DNA from: Candidatus Enterousia sp.
GTDB lineage: Bacteria > Pseudomonadota > Alphaproteobacteria > Rs-D84
Reading direction: 5' to 3'
Assembly: GCA_045648945.1 (NCBI GenBank)
Contig: JAZROX010000011.1
Span: 4,679 to 68,678 of the forward strand
DNA length: 64,000 bases
Positions 20,268-30,212 of the stretch are shown here, piece after piece. The translations under genes were made by a program, and so were the position numbers. Every line of letters starts with the position of its first letter. The stretch's first letter is position 1. A model generated the notes under the pieces. That model ran no database searches and was not told where the DNA came from. It was given only the letters and a program-made list of their open reading frames with translations.

Positions 20268-20448
20268 AAAAACCACCGAATCGTCAGTGGTTGGAGGTTA
20301 ACGACTATAATGCTTGGAAAATAGTGGGCTTATTCAACATATTCACCACCCTCCAACCACAACCGGGTTGGGGGTTTTTTTGTCCCCGCGGACACCAAGC
20401 ATACTAAGGGTCGTTACACCCCATCGAACGGAACACCCGCCGACATAG
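20268..20448 (-). ncRNA. candidate structured leader RNA/attenuator (divergent copy X)
   Basis: TATGAT -10 upstream; 5' hairpin, long-range stem taacgac..tatgcttgg / ccaagcat..gtcgtta, antiterminator gtggttggagg / cctccaaccac overlapping terminator aaccactga-cgat-tcggtggtt-ttt. Confidence 0.6.
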
Positions 20449-20547
20449 GTATCATAACAAAAATAAAACATAAAAAACAAGCAAAAAATACAATTAAATT
20501 TGGATTGATGGTGATTACTTGACTATCCAAGATTATTTTACTATGCT

Positions 20548-21834
20548 GTGTCCGTTATGATAAATTTTATAACACGATATTTTACATCTCTGTGGGCGTT
20601 TATAACATCGCCGTTTCGGGCCGTATGGCGCGTAATTGTGCGGATTTTTCCGCCCCGCGAGTTCACGGTTATGGACACGCCACGTGGCAATGTTTATACT
20701 TTTAACCAAAGCAGTTTTTGGCGTTTTACAAAGTTCTGTGCCAAGGTTGGATTGATTATATGGGCGTCTTGGTCGACGTATGTGTTTGTTTATCATCGCC
20801 CAATGTTGCAAAATCGGACCCAGCAATTGGAACAAATGCGCGAAAAATACGCGTCTCATATGATAGATTTACGAAATTACCTTGGAAAATACAACGAATT
20901 GACCAAAAATATAAATGTTATAGACGATAAATTGTTGAAAGATACAAAACTGACCGACACGCAAAAAGAAGATTTGATTAACGAACGTCTTAAAACATGG
21001 GGAGAATTGGACTTTCTTAAAACCCGCATAACCGAAATGTTCACCGACGAAGACTATGCGCCCGAATATTCGAAAATATCAGATTTGGCAATTGAATATG
21101 AATTGATACGTGCCGAAAATTCGGAAATAAAAAAACGTGATATAGAAATCTTGGAAACCGTGGCCAAGGTTGTAGAGGCCGATACAAAAATCGTCGATTC
21201 TGTGTCAAAATTGGCGGGCGATAAAACCGCGGAATTACGGGCCGAATTAAAGAACATAAATGGAACATTGGCGACATTGGGCTTGAACGAGGCCGAATTG
21301 GTTAAAAATGCGAATAAATATTCGAACCAATTGGTTGGGGCGGCGTTTAATCCACTGGAAATCGATAAAGAATTGGATGAAAAATACCAAAAATTGGCAA
21401 ATGATATTACATTGTGGAATGGGCTGAACAAATTAAGACGTGCTTTGCCGTTGGGTGCACCGGTGAAACATGTTACCGTAACATCAAAATATGGCACACG
21501 CAAAGACCCATTTACGGGTGCACCGAAATTCCACCGCGGGATAGATTTTTCCGGCAAGGTTGGCACAGAATTGATGGCGGTGGCACCGGGGCGGGTAATA
21601 TCTGCGGGTGAACGCGTTGGGTATGGCACGACCGTTGAAATTGATCATGGTTTGGGATTCACGACGCTTTATGCGCACCTGTCCAAAATAAATGTGTCGC
21701 GTGGCGATTGGGTACGCCCGGGCACAATTGTTGGGCTTGGCGGGTCTTCGGGCCGTTCGACGGGGCCGCATTTGCACTATGAAATACGGTACAAGGGAAC
21801 ACCGTTTGATCCGGAAAAATTCATAAAGGAATAA
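20548..21834 (+). CDS. M23 family metallopeptidase with N-terminal TM and coiled coil
   Basis: HRGIDF, YAHLS, GRSTGPHLHYE. Confidence 0.92.
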   Translation: MSVMINFITRYFTSLWAFITSPFRAVWRVIVRIFPPREFTVMDTPRGNVYTFNQSSFWRFTKFCAKVGLIIWASWSTYVFVYHRPMLQNRTQQLEQMREKYASHMIDLRNYLGKYNELTKNINVIDDKLLKDTKLTDTQKEDLINERLKTWGELDFLKTRITEMFTDEDYAPEYSKISDLAIEYELIRAENSEIKKRDIEILETVAKVVEADTKIVDSVSKLAGDKTAELRAELKNINGTLATLGLNEAELVKNANKYSNQLVGAAFNPLEIDKELDEKYQKLANDITLWNGLNKLRRALPLGAPVKHVTVTSKYGTRKDPFTGAPKFHRGIDFSGKVGTELMAVAPGRVISAGERVGYGTTVEIDHGLGFTTLYAHLSKINVSRGDWVRPGTIVGLGGSSGRSTGPHLHYEIRYKGTPFDPEKFIKE

Positions 21835-21855
21835 AAGAATAAAAAGGAAAGGAAA

Positions 21856-22209
21856 ATGTTGGCATTTACAAACGCAGACGAAAAAACTTCACCAACCATA
21901 ATTGGTGCCGGTTGTAAATTGACCGGCGATATCAAGACGGACCACAGTGTTCAAATTCATGGCCATGTTGTTGGTGATATTGTTGCCGAAACGGTGGTTA
22001 TTGGTCGGGGCGGCACGGTCGAAGGAAAAATTGTTGCCGACAATTTATTCCTGCATGGAACTTTGACCGGGCCGGCAACGGTTGAAATCGCGAACGTGTT
22101 CAGTCATGCCCAGATGACGGGCCTTCTTTCATACCGCACATTAAATATAACCGCCAATACGGGACTGGAATGCAAATTGGCAAGACGCAAGGATAAAAAA
22201 CATGAATAA
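21856..22209 (+). CDS. bactofilin (polymer-forming cytoskeletal protein)
   Basis: TIIGAGCKLTGDI...VQIHGHVVGDI...VIGRGGTVEGKI beta-helix pattern; adjacent to M23 peptidase. Confidence 0.88.
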   Translation: MLAFTNADEKTSPTIIGAGCKLTGDIKTDHSVQIHGHVVGDIVAETVVIGRGGTVEGKIVADNLFLHGTLTGPATVEIANVFSHAQMTGLLSYRTLNITANTGLECKLARRKDKKHE

Positions 22210-22648
22210 AACAATCAAAAAAGTTTTCATTGCCGCCGACCATCGTGGGGTGGGACTTAAACTGTATTTAATCGAAATGTTAAGTGCGATGGGGTATAAT
22301 ATGGTGAACCTGGGGACCGATGATTTGAATACGCCGGTTGATTTCCCGGATGTTGCGAAATCGGTTGCGGACGCCATGTTGGATGAACCGGAAACCCGCG
22401 GGATATTGGTATGCGGGACGGGTGCCGGGGTCCAAATTGCCGCGAACCGTTATCGCCATATTCGGGCATCACGCTGTGACCGTCCGGACCAGGCACGCGA
22501 CGACCGTTTCCATGACGATATAAATGTTTTGGCATTGGGTGCAGATGATATTGATATAGAAATGGCGTTTTTGTGCGCCCAGGCGTTCCTTGAAAGTCCA
22601 TTTGACGATTGCGAAAAACGTCGCCGCAGAATCGAAAAGATTTCATAG
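22202..22648 (+). CDS. rpiB: ribose-5-phosphate isomerase B
   Basis: IAADHRG, VDFPD, GILVCGTGAG, ANR, HDDINVLALGA. Confidence 0.92.
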   Translation: MNKTIKKVFIAADHRGVGLKLYLIEMLSAMGYNMVNLGTDDLNTPVDFPDVAKSVADAMLDEPETRGILVCGTGAGVQIAANRYRHIRASRCDRPDQARDDRFHDDINVLALGADDIDIEMAFLCAQAFLESPFDDCEKRRRRIEKIS

Positions 22649-22661
22649 CAAAGGATAAAAA

Positions 22662-23279
22662 ATGGGTGATTTAATATTTACACTGAAACCTGCTTTGGCA
22701 ACGACCTCTATATCAATGATAGAAAAAGATAATAGGATTGCCGAATTAAAAACAAAACCCAAAGAAAATTGGCTTGTTCCAGAAGGGCTTGCCACGATTG
22801 AACAAACAAACCTTTTGAAATCATTATTAAAATATGACGACGTATATGCGTGCACATCCAGTCCGTACCTAAGAGGACGAATTGAAACCCCGAAAGTATT
22901 TGACAAGTCAATTGCTGTGCTACATTTGGCATTCAAGGAACCCTTTGACATTGAAGAAAGCATATCTATTATTGATATATGGGGCAATGGATTGACCCCA
23001 CAAATTGCACAACAACAACTTGTTAAACGGGTTACAAATATGTATGACTATGAAGATTTGTTGCTTCATTGTTATTTCAATTATAATGAATCAGCCTATG
23101 GACCAGATTTAGTCTCGCCGCCAAATCGGTTTGTTTATGATATGTACGATTCGCAAGAACTGGCTATGCATAACTTGCAACAATCGGTCACAAATAAAAG
23201 TAAAAAATTCCGTGCAGAAGTATTTTCATGTGGGCTTATATTTACAAATGTGGATTCACGCACACAAAAACAACGCTGA
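22662..23279 (+). CDS. hypothetical protein
   Basis: 205-aa ORF with AAGGA RBS, no signal peptide, basic C-terminus RTQKQR. Confidence 0.65.
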   Translation: MGDLIFTLKPALATTSISMIEKDNRIAELKTKPKENWLVPEGLATIEQTNLLKSLLKYDDVYACTSSPYLRGRIETPKVFDKSIAVLHLAFKEPFDIEESISIIDIWGNGLTPQIAQQQLVKRVTNMYDYEDLLLHCYFNYNESAYGPDLVSPPNRFVYDMYDSQELAMHNLQQSVTNKSKKFRAEVFSCGLIFTNVDSRTQKQR

Positions 23280-23328
23280 CAACCGCAGATTAGCAAAGAT
23301 TTCATAACCTTAATAGCACATAAAAACT

Positions 23329-24285
23329 ATGGAAATTGTTGTTCATAAAAACACATTGGACAAGCACGATATAAAACATCTGGATGCCCGTCGGCGACAG
23401 AAACTGTTGGATCTTACAGATACGGCGGCTATTGGTTTGTGGCGGCTTTCCAATGGGATGGTGTCCTGGGATGAATGTACGCCCGAATTTATGCGGTGGC
23501 TGGTTAAGTACTATAACCCGTTGGAGATGTTACCGCTTTTCCTGGCGCTGCGTAATGAAAACGAAATTCCCGAAGACGTTAAAATTGCCGCCGCCCACAG
23601 GGATGATTGGGGCAAAATTTTAAGAATTTTGCGCAATCCATCAAATGATGTTGTTAATGCATTACTTGAAAACGCGGGCGAATATATTTTAGACATTAAG
23701 AAACCAACGCAAAAACAATGGTGTATCGCACTTGGACACGCGCACCTTGAATATCCAAACCTGATTGCAAAATGTCCAAACCCAACCGTTAAAATGCAAA
23801 AGATTCATGTTAGGCGCCACGGTCGTGACGGACTGGATTATATTGAAAACCCGTCCGAAGCGGTGAAATTGGTTGCGGCCAAACGCGACGGCGTATATGC
23901 ATTGGGTTCCACAAAAATGCGAAACCCCAGCGAGCCGGTCTTGATGGCGGCGATTTGTCACACATATGATTCTATTGATCCGGAATATTTTTTGTATTAT
24001 ATTCCGCACCCAAATAACAAAGTTATGTGTGCAATTCGTCACCAAATAAATATGAATAAAATGGTGTTGGGCAAATTGGCGTCTGAACCAAAACCTGAAC
24101 CGGCCAAGAAAAACATAGAAGAAGAACTAGATTGGGCACGTCGGGCATGCCAAGACCCAATCGCCGCGGCAGAAATAGCGCAAAACGCCGAATCTATGCA
24201 AGACCAATTGAATCAATTAGAAAAATTGCGAACAAAAATGGTGGCGGATTTGTTTAACTTTAAAAATCCCGCATTGGCACATTAA
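23329..24285 (+). CDS. hypothetical helical-repeat protein (DUF4116-like)
   Basis: Six ~24-aa I.NP[ST]..V...A repeats followed by a short coiled coil. Confidence 0.65.
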   Translation: MEIVVHKNTLDKHDIKHLDARRRQKLLDLTDTAAIGLWRLSNGMVSWDECTPEFMRWLVKYYNPLEMLPLFLALRNENEIPEDVKIAAAHRDDWGKILRILRNPSNDVVNALLENAGEYILDIKKPTQKQWCIALGHAHLEYPNLIAKCPNPTVKMQKIHVRRHGRDGLDYIENPSEAVKLVAAKRDGVYALGSTKMRNPSEPVLMAAICHTYDSIDPEYFLYYIPHPNNKVMCAIRHQINMNKMVLGKLASEPKPEPAKKNIEEELDWARRACQDPIAAAEIAQNAESMQDQLNQLEKLRTKMVADLFNFKNPALAH

Positions 24286-24290
24286 AAAAT

Positions 24291-24312
24291 AACCGCCCGG
24301 AATAGGGCGGTT
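24291..24312. terminator. bidirectional terminator
   Basis: aaccgccc-ggaata-gggcggtt between convergent genes. Confidence 0.7.
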
Positions 24313-24315
24313 GTT

Positions 24316-26721
24316 TTACTTCTTGACTACAAAATTGACCAATTTTTTCGGGACGACGATGGTTTTAATTATTTCGGCGCCGGCCAGTTTTGCACCGGCC
24401 GCGACGCGCGCCTGTGCGATCAATTCTTCATTGGTCGCGTTCAGGTCGCCCACAAATTCGGCAACACGTTTACCATTTATCGTCACCGCAAATGTGGTTG
24501 TGGTCTGTACCAATTTAGATGCATCAAATGTCGGCCACGGTTCAAAGACCAGCATATCGGCATGTCCCAGTTTTTCCCACATTTCTTCGGTCAAATGCGG
24601 TGCAAACGGATTCAGCATTTGAATCAAAACCTCGTACGCACGCCGCGGCATTTTGTTCCCGGAAAACGCGTTCAAAAATTCCATCATAGCGGAAATTGCG
24701 GTATTAAATTTCATCCCATCAAGGCGTTCCGTCACATCGGCAACAAGGCGATTTATCAATACATCTTGGTCGGCCGTCGGCGCATCATCGGTAAGTCCGT
24801 CAAATGCTGACTCGACCCGACGCAGGAATCTTTCAACCCCACGCAATGTGTCTTCGGACCAATTCATATTATTTTGTTCCCATGGCGCAAGGTACAAAAT
24901 CGCCAATCTGCATGCGTCCGCACCAACACGTGCAACAACATCCGACGATGGTACAACATTACCGCGCGATTTGGACATCTTTTGCCCATCTGCACCCATA
25001 ATAAGGCCATTGCATGTGCGCCGCTTATACGGTTCAACCCCCGGCACATACCCCATGTCCGCCAATGCCTTGTACCAAAACCGTGAATAGAGCAGGTGGC
25101 GCGTTGTATGTTCCATGCCGCCATTGTAATGGTCAACCGGCATCCATTTATCCAATTGCGCGCGCGAACAAAATTCATTGTCATTACGCGGATCCAGATA
25201 TCGCATAAAATACCACGAAGACCCCGCCCATTGCGGCATAGTATCGTTTTCGCGTTTCGCCGCACCTCCACAATATGGACATGTTGTCTTAATCCAATCG
25301 GTTGCGCGCGCCAATGGACTTTCTCCCGTATCGGTCGGCTTGTAATCATCCATATGTGGTTGCAGCAACGGCAATTCAGATTCGTCAATGGGTTGCCATC
25401 CGCATTTTTCACAATAAACCATTGGAATTGGTTCGCCCCAATACATTTGACGCGAAAAACCCCAATCTTTTAATTTATATTTTTTTGTTCCGCGCGCAAA
25501 GCCGTGTTCAGAACCATACTTTATCGCGGTTGCAATCGCCGTTTCTTTATCCATACCATTCAAAAATTCTGAATTAATGTGTTCGCCGTCACCTTCCCAA
25601 ACCGTGTCTGGTTCGCCGCCCGCAAGAACCGGGATAATTTCCAAACCAAACTTTTTCGCAAAGTCCCAGTCGCGCGAATCATGCGCCGGCACCGCCATAA
25701 TTGCACCAAAACCATAATCCGCCAAAACATAGTCGGAAATAAAGATTGGAATTTCACGTCCATTAAACGGATTTGTCGCCATAACCCCATCAAGGCGAAC
25801 ACCCGTTTTATCCTTGGTTACATCGGTGCGTTCAATTTCGGACTTTGCCCGCGCCGCCGCAATATATTCACGCGCCGCGTCGGCGTTTTTGATTTTTCCT
25901 TCGTCCAACCATTTTTTAACCAATTTATGTTCCGGCGCAATAACACAGAACGTCACACCGAATATGGTATCAACACGTGTTGTATAAACCGTCATAATAT
26001 CGTCACCAACGCGGAAATCTACATCGGCGCCATACGAACGACCAATCCAGTTTATCTGCATAGTTTTGACTTTTTCCGGATAATCGACCAATTCCAAATC
26101 GTCAATCAAACGGTCGGCATATTTGGTAATCGCCAAATTCCATTGCAGTTTCATTTTCTTTTCAACCGGCCCATGACACCGTTCACAGCAACCATCTTCC
26201 AATTCTTCGTTGGTAAGGTTTGTTCGGCAATTCGGGCACCAATTCATCGGCAGTTCAGATTTATACGCCAATCCGGCTTTAAAGAACTGAATAAACATCC
26301 ATTGGGTCCATTTAATATATTCGGCATCCGAAGTCGCAATCTTGGAATCCGGATCAAACGAAAGCCCCATAACCGAAATATCTTTTTCAAAAATCTTAAT
26401 CAATTCCGCCACAGAATCGCGTGGATGTTTGCCGATTTTGGTGGCATATTTTTCGGACGAAATCCCCATAGAATCATATCCAATCGGAAACAAGACATCA
26501 AACCCGCGCATACGTTTATATCGCGCCATAACATCCATACCGGTATACGGCAACATATGGCCAACGTGCAAACCCGACCCAGACGGAAACGGAAATTCAA
26601 TCAAATTATAGTATTTAGGTTTTGAACCGTCATTTTTTGGCACAAACGCGCGCGCATCGCGCCAAAGGCGTTGCCACTTGGATTCGCGTTCAATTACTTT
26701 CTTGTTATCTTCGTTTGCCAT
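24316..26721 (-). CDS. leuS: leucine--tRNA ligase
   Basis: FPFPSGSGLHVGH, KMSKSRGN, DWGFSRQMYWGEPIP, APHLTEEMW. Confidence 0.97.
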   Translation of the reverse strand: MANEDNKKVIERESKWQRLWRDARAFVPKNDGSKPKYYNLIEFPFPSGSGLHVGHMLPYTGMDVMARYKRMRGFDVLFPIGYDSMGISSEKYATKIGKHPRDSVAELIKIFEKDISVMGLSFDPDSKIATSDAEYIKWTQWMFIQFFKAGLAYKSELPMNWCPNCRTNLTNEELEDGCCERCHGPVEKKMKLQWNLAITKYADRLIDDLELVDYPEKVKTMQINWIGRSYGADVDFRVGDDIMTVYTTRVDTIFGVTFCVIAPEHKLVKKWLDEGKIKNADAAREYIAAARAKSEIERTDVTKDKTGVRLDGVMATNPFNGREIPIFISDYVLADYGFGAIMAVPAHDSRDWDFAKKFGLEIIPVLAGGEPDTVWEGDGEHINSEFLNGMDKETAIATAIKYGSEHGFARGTKKYKLKDWGFSRQMYWGEPIPMVYCEKCGWQPIDESELPLLQPHMDDYKPTDTGESPLARATDWIKTTCPYCGGAAKRENDTMPQWAGSSWYFMRYLDPRNDNEFCSRAQLDKWMPVDHYNGGMEHTTRHLLYSRFWYKALADMGYVPGVEPYKRRTCNGLIMGADGQKMSKSRGNVVPSSDVVARVGADACRLAILYLAPWEQNNMNWSEDTLRGVERFLRRVESAFDGLTDDAPTADQDVLINRLVADVTERLDGMKFNTAISAMMEFLNAFSGNKMPRRAYEVLIQMLNPFAPHLTEEMWEKLGHADMLVFEPWPTFDASKLVQTTTTFAVTINGKRVAEFVGDLNATNEELIAQARVAAGAKLAGAEIIKTIVVPKKLVNFVVKK

Positions 26722-26920
26722 TTTAATTGCTCCATATTTGGGTTTGCCGGCTAAGCCTAGCAAAAAAACACTAAATTTTCAAGTTTTTTATATATGTTTT
26801 TTTATGCGGACGGGGTGGGGTGGCGTGGTATTATAATACCGTATCGATTTTTCTTGACTTTTCTGCGGGCTTGCGACATAATAGGGCGAACTTTTAATAA
26901 ACAAAAAAGGTAAAACAAAA

Positions 26921-27394
26921 ATGGCAACGACGAAATCGTTAAAAAAGTGTGAATTGGATGCCAAATGGTATCTGATTGACGCGACCGATTGCACGTTGGG
27001 ACGTTTGGCGGCATATGTTGCGAACATCCTGCGCGGCAAGAACAAGGCCACATGGACGCCGAACATGGATTGCGGCGACCATGTAATCATCATCAACGCG
27101 GACAAGGTTGCACTTTCCGGCACCAAGGCCGACAAAACAAAATTCTATTGGCACACGACATACCCGGGCGGCATCAAAGAACGCACTTTGGGTCAAATGC
27201 GCGCGGAAAAACCGACCGTTTTGGTTAAAAACGCGGTAAAGCGTATGATGGGTCGTCGCACGACGGTTGCATTGGCGGACAAACGTTTGACCAAATTGCA
27301 CGTCTATGCGGGTGCCGAACACAAACATGCCGCGCAGAATCCGGTTGTGATTGATTTCGCGGGACTGAATCGTAAAAACAAAAGGGGCGAATAA
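26921..27394 (+). CDS. rplM: 50S ribosomal protein L13
   Basis: WYLIDA...[26 protein letters not shown]. Confidence 0.98.
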   Translation: MATTKSLKKCELDAKWYLIDATDCTLGRLAAYVANILRGKNKATWTPNMDCGDHVIIINADKVALSGTKADKTKFYWHTTYPGGIKERTLGQMRAEKPTVLVKNAVKRMMGRRTTVALADKRLTKLHVYAGAEHKHAAQNPVVIDFAGLNRKNKRGE

Positions 27395-27936
27395 TGGCAA
27401 CAGAAACGAAAAAAACAACTGCCAAGGCGACAACTGCTAAGAAGGCGGCCCCGGCAAAGAAAACAACCGCGACAAAACCGGCGGCAAAAACAACAACTAA
27501 AACCGTGGCGGCAAAAAAGACGACTGCAACCGTTGCAACCCCGAAATTGAATAACGCGACATACGCAACCGGCAAACGTAAGGATTCCGTTGCACGCGTA
27601 TATCTGATGCCGGGCAAGGGCAACATTGTCATCAACGAAAAAAATATGACGGAATATTTTCGTCGTCCGGTGTTACAGATGATTTTGAATCAACCGTTTG
27701 CGGTGACCAAACGCGAAGGCGCGTATGACGTGTTTGCTATGGTTATGGGCGGCGGTCTGTCGGGCCAGGCGGGCGCGGTAAAACACGGTATTTCCAAAGC
27801 GTTGGAACGCGCCGAACCGGATTTGCGTGCGGCATTAAAGGCGGCCGGGTTCTTGACCCGCGATAGCCGTGTTGTCGAACGTAAACACTATGGTTATCAC
27901 AAGGCACGTCGTTCAACCCAGTTTAGTAAGCGTTAA
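27394..27936 (+). CDS. rpsI: 30S ribosomal protein S9 with K/A/T-rich N-terminal extension
   Basis: [38 protein letters not shown]. Confidence 0.98.
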   Translation: MATETKKTTAKATTAKKAAPAKKTTATKPAAKTTTKTVAAKKTTATVATPKLNNATYATGKRKDSVARVYLMPGKGNIVINEKNMTEYFRRPVLQMILNQPFAVTKREGAYDVFAMVMGGGLSGQAGAVKHGISKALERAEPDLRAALKAAGFLTRDSRVVERKHYGYHKARRSTQFSKR

Positions 27937-27950
27937 TGTGACTGGCGGTT

Positions 27951-28056
27951 ATTCCCCTTCAGGTTCTGAAGGGGGGGACCGCGGGACGCGGTGGGGTAGA
28001 TTAAAACGGTGGCGATCGCCACCGTTTTTTTGTCATCCCGACGAAAGTCGGGATCT
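27951..28056. repeat. REP-like double hairpin + terminator + GTCATCCC palindrome
   Basis: ccccttcaggttctgaagggg...gcggtggggtaga, then aaaacggtggcgatcgccaccgttttt and gtcatcccgacgaaagtcgggat. Confidence 0.75.
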
Positions 28057-28101
28057 GTTCGGTTCGTGCCGAAAATTCCGGCCATTCGGCCGGGTTTGGT
28101 T

Positions 28102-29079
28102 TTAGTTATTGGATGGCATATATATCATCGGGCCGGCGATGAAATTACCGGTGCCAGAATTTGTAAGAAATGTTCCCGACACCAAATCATACATTCCCAA
28201 CACACCATCACTGTCACGGCGGGCGGGAATCAGGTCCAATTTTCCCTCTACCCGAAAATAGTAAATTCGCATACTGCGTCCAGTTGAAGAAATTTCAAAG
28301 CCAGGATAATTTACGTCAAACAAATACGCATTTCTGGTTGGGGTATAAACTTCGTGAACTGTGCGTGCCCAACTTATATTTGGATACAATTGTGCGGTTT
28401 TATATGGATTTCCATACCAATTGATTATATATGGGGTTCCAATAACACATGGGGAACTCGCTGTATAATAACGCGGCACCAAATTAGTATTTGCGGTGGA
28501 ATATACCATAAATTCTAAAGGGTCCGCGCTAGGTTGTGAAAACGTAAATTTTGGGGACCGCCAATCGTTCCCATCGCTGGCCCCGAACCATTCACTTTCA
28601 ACGCTATTCAAATATACAAATTTTGCCGTTATATTTTCGGTGGACCCAATTGGCATCCCTAGGTCTATATATTGTTTTCCGGCACTTTCTAGGTACCTTA
28701 ATGCGGTATAACCACTTGGTAACTGGGCCGCGGCGACCACCCGCACCAATAAACATTCGTTGTTTGAATCGTATTGAATACATTCGAATTCTGTATCAAT
28801 AGCATTCTGAACCGCGGCGTTCATATTTTGGGCATCGACCAGGGCCGCCGTTTGATTTGCGTATTCGCCCGATGCAGTATAAATATCTTTCGTCCCGACG
28901 GTGCCGGCGGAACCGGTGTTTGTTAATACTTGTGCGGTGCCGGAATTTGCGGAAATTTTATCCTGTTTTTGTGCAACGGCGGTGTCAACAAAGGCCTTGC
29001 TGGTCGCGATATTTTCACCCGCCGCAAACGCGGAACACACGCATAATGCACAAATTATCGATATTAAAAATTTTCTCAT
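28102..29079 (-). CDS. secreted fibre/adhesin-like protein, family member B
   Basis: Same architecture as 8692-9666; close paralogue of 45316-46293; AAGGAGG RBS. Confidence 0.88.
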   Translation of the reverse strand: MRKFLISIICALCVCSAFAAGENIATSKAFVDTAVAQKQDKISANSGTAQVLTNTGSAGTVGTKDIYTASGEYANQTAALVDAQNMNAAVQNAIDTEFECIQYDSNNECLLVRVVAAAQLPSGYTALRYLESAGKQYIDLGMPIGSTENITAKFVYLNSVESEWFGASDGNDWRSPKFTFSQPSADPLEFMVYSTANTNLVPRYYTASSPCVIGTPYIINWYGNPYKTAQLYPNISWARTVHEVYTPTRNAYLFDVNYPGFEISSTGRSMRIYYFRVEGKLDLIPARRDSDGVLGMYDLVSGTFLTNSGTGNFIAGPMIYMPSNN

Positions 29080-29092
29080 ATTTTTCCTCCTT

Positions 29093-29147
29093 GGTCTACC
29101 CCGTCACACTTCGTGTGCCACCCCTTCACAATGTGAAGGGGACTTTT
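29093..29147 (-). repeat. REP-like double hairpin between leader terminator and RBS
   Basis: Identical to 33703-33757; near-identical inverted copy at 45248-45302. Confidence 0.85.
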
Positions 29148-29154
29148 GGGATTT

Positions 29155-29368
29155 AAAAACCGCCAGGAATCCTGACGGTCGGGGTGTTAGCTAATCATAC
29201 TATCAACGATTCCGATGACCTTTCTATATACGCCATCGGCACCCCGACCAATATATCGGGGGACAATATTGCGGTGCAAAAACACGAAAATCACACAGAT
29301 TACGATGCCTTGCACCGGATAGTATGGGCCAGCTACGACCCCGAACCGCGGGTTCCCACCCTGGGTTC
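29155..29368 (-). ncRNA. candidate structured leader RNA/attenuator (copy B)
   Basis: TTGCAT-N18-TAGCAT promoter; GGGA-tetraloop hairpin, covarying long-range stem, terminator accgtcagg-att-cctggcggt-tttt. Confidence 0.72.
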
Positions 29369-29495
29369 TGATTCATGCTAGCAAAGTTTTATGATTTTAT
29401 GCAAGGGCTTTTTTTGCGATATGTTTTTATTCGTGTTGTTTTATGTTTCAAAATGTGGTACTATTCCATCGAAATGCAAATGCGGGGGTAAAGAT

Positions 29496-30095
29496 ATGAA
29501 AAAAATTAGAGATAAAAAGAAAGATTTAATCAGATTGGCAAAACGTGTGTATCATCATACTGCGCCGCTGTTGCTGGGCGAGGCGTTATTGTTCATCGTT
29601 ATGGCGGTTTTGATGATGGTCCGCCCGGTCGAGATTTTGTCCGCGATAACATTTGTTGTTGGGGTAATGTTGGTCGTGTTCGGACTGTATCGCACCAGTA
29701 TGGTTTTTGTGTCGTCCCAGGGTTTTACGGCCGGAACTTCGGACGTGGTTGTCGGTTTGGCCACTTTTGTGTTGGGAATCGTATTTTGCATATATCCATA
29801 CGGCGCGACCGTTGGGGTGATATATATATTTGTAGTAATGTTTTTGATGAACGCGCTGCGAATGCTATTCTTTGCGCTTAATGTGGCGCGTGCGCGTGTT
29901 GAGCGCAGGGTTTTGGACATTGTTATATCGGGTGCGCTGTGCGTGTTGGCGTTGGGATTGCTGTTTATGCCGAATGTGGCGATTGGCGTTTTGGTGTGGT
30001 TCTTGGCGATTTATATGTTGGTCTATGCCGGCGCAGACATATATATGTTCGTGCGCCTGCGGCATTTGAATCGGACGATTCGCAATATGGAATAG
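29496..30095 (+). CDS. HdeD/DUF308-like membrane protein
   Basis: Six TM segments in two repeats with G..L...P pattern. Confidence 0.7.
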   Translation: MKKIRDKKKDLIRLAKRVYHHTAPLLLGEALLFIVMAVLMMVRPVEILSAITFVVGVMLVVFGLYRTSMVFVSSQGFTAGTSDVVVGLATFVLGIVFCIYPYGATVGVIYIFVVMFLMNALRMLFFALNVARARVERRVLDIVISGALCVLALGLLFMPNVAIGVLVWFLAIYMLVYAGADIYMFVRLRHLNRTIRNME

Positions 30096-30114
30096 GGCCA
30101 ACCGCAGAATTTTA

Positions 30115-30143
30115 TTGAAAATCGCGCGCGCATAGTGTATAAT
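30115..30143 (+). promoter_or_regulatory. sigma70 promoter upstream of hisS leader
   Basis: TTGAAA-N17-TATAAT. Confidence 0.7.
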
Positions 30144-30149
30144 CGGCGT

Positions 30150-30212
30150 ATGTTTATGCAAGACCGTATTTTTTATTTCGTCCATCATGCCCGTTTGGGC
30201 AAGTGTTTCTAG
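30150..30212 (+). CDS. putative leaderless His-His leader peptide (MFMQDRIFYFVHHARLGKCF)
   Basis: ATG 7 nt after the -10 box, tandem CAT-CAT codons, overlapping alternative hairpins, directly upstream of hisS. Confidence 0.45.
   Translation: MFMQDRIFYFVHHARLGKCF

Noticed and set aside
25579-26625. 348-aa plus-strand ORF and similar long antisense ORFs
   Set aside because: Shadow frames opposite well-supported genes such as leuS, with no motifs or RBS.
29155-29368. Identification of the leader as a T-box, cobalamin, TPP, SAM or c-di-GMP riboswitch
   Set aside because: I found none of their hallmark sequences (e.g. T-box UGGNACC, TPP CUGAGA); an Rfam search is still needed.
29225-29377. Leader peptide inside leader RNA copy B (MNQNPGW...)
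   Set aside because: Its ATG overlaps the -10 box and the frame is not conserved in copies C and D.
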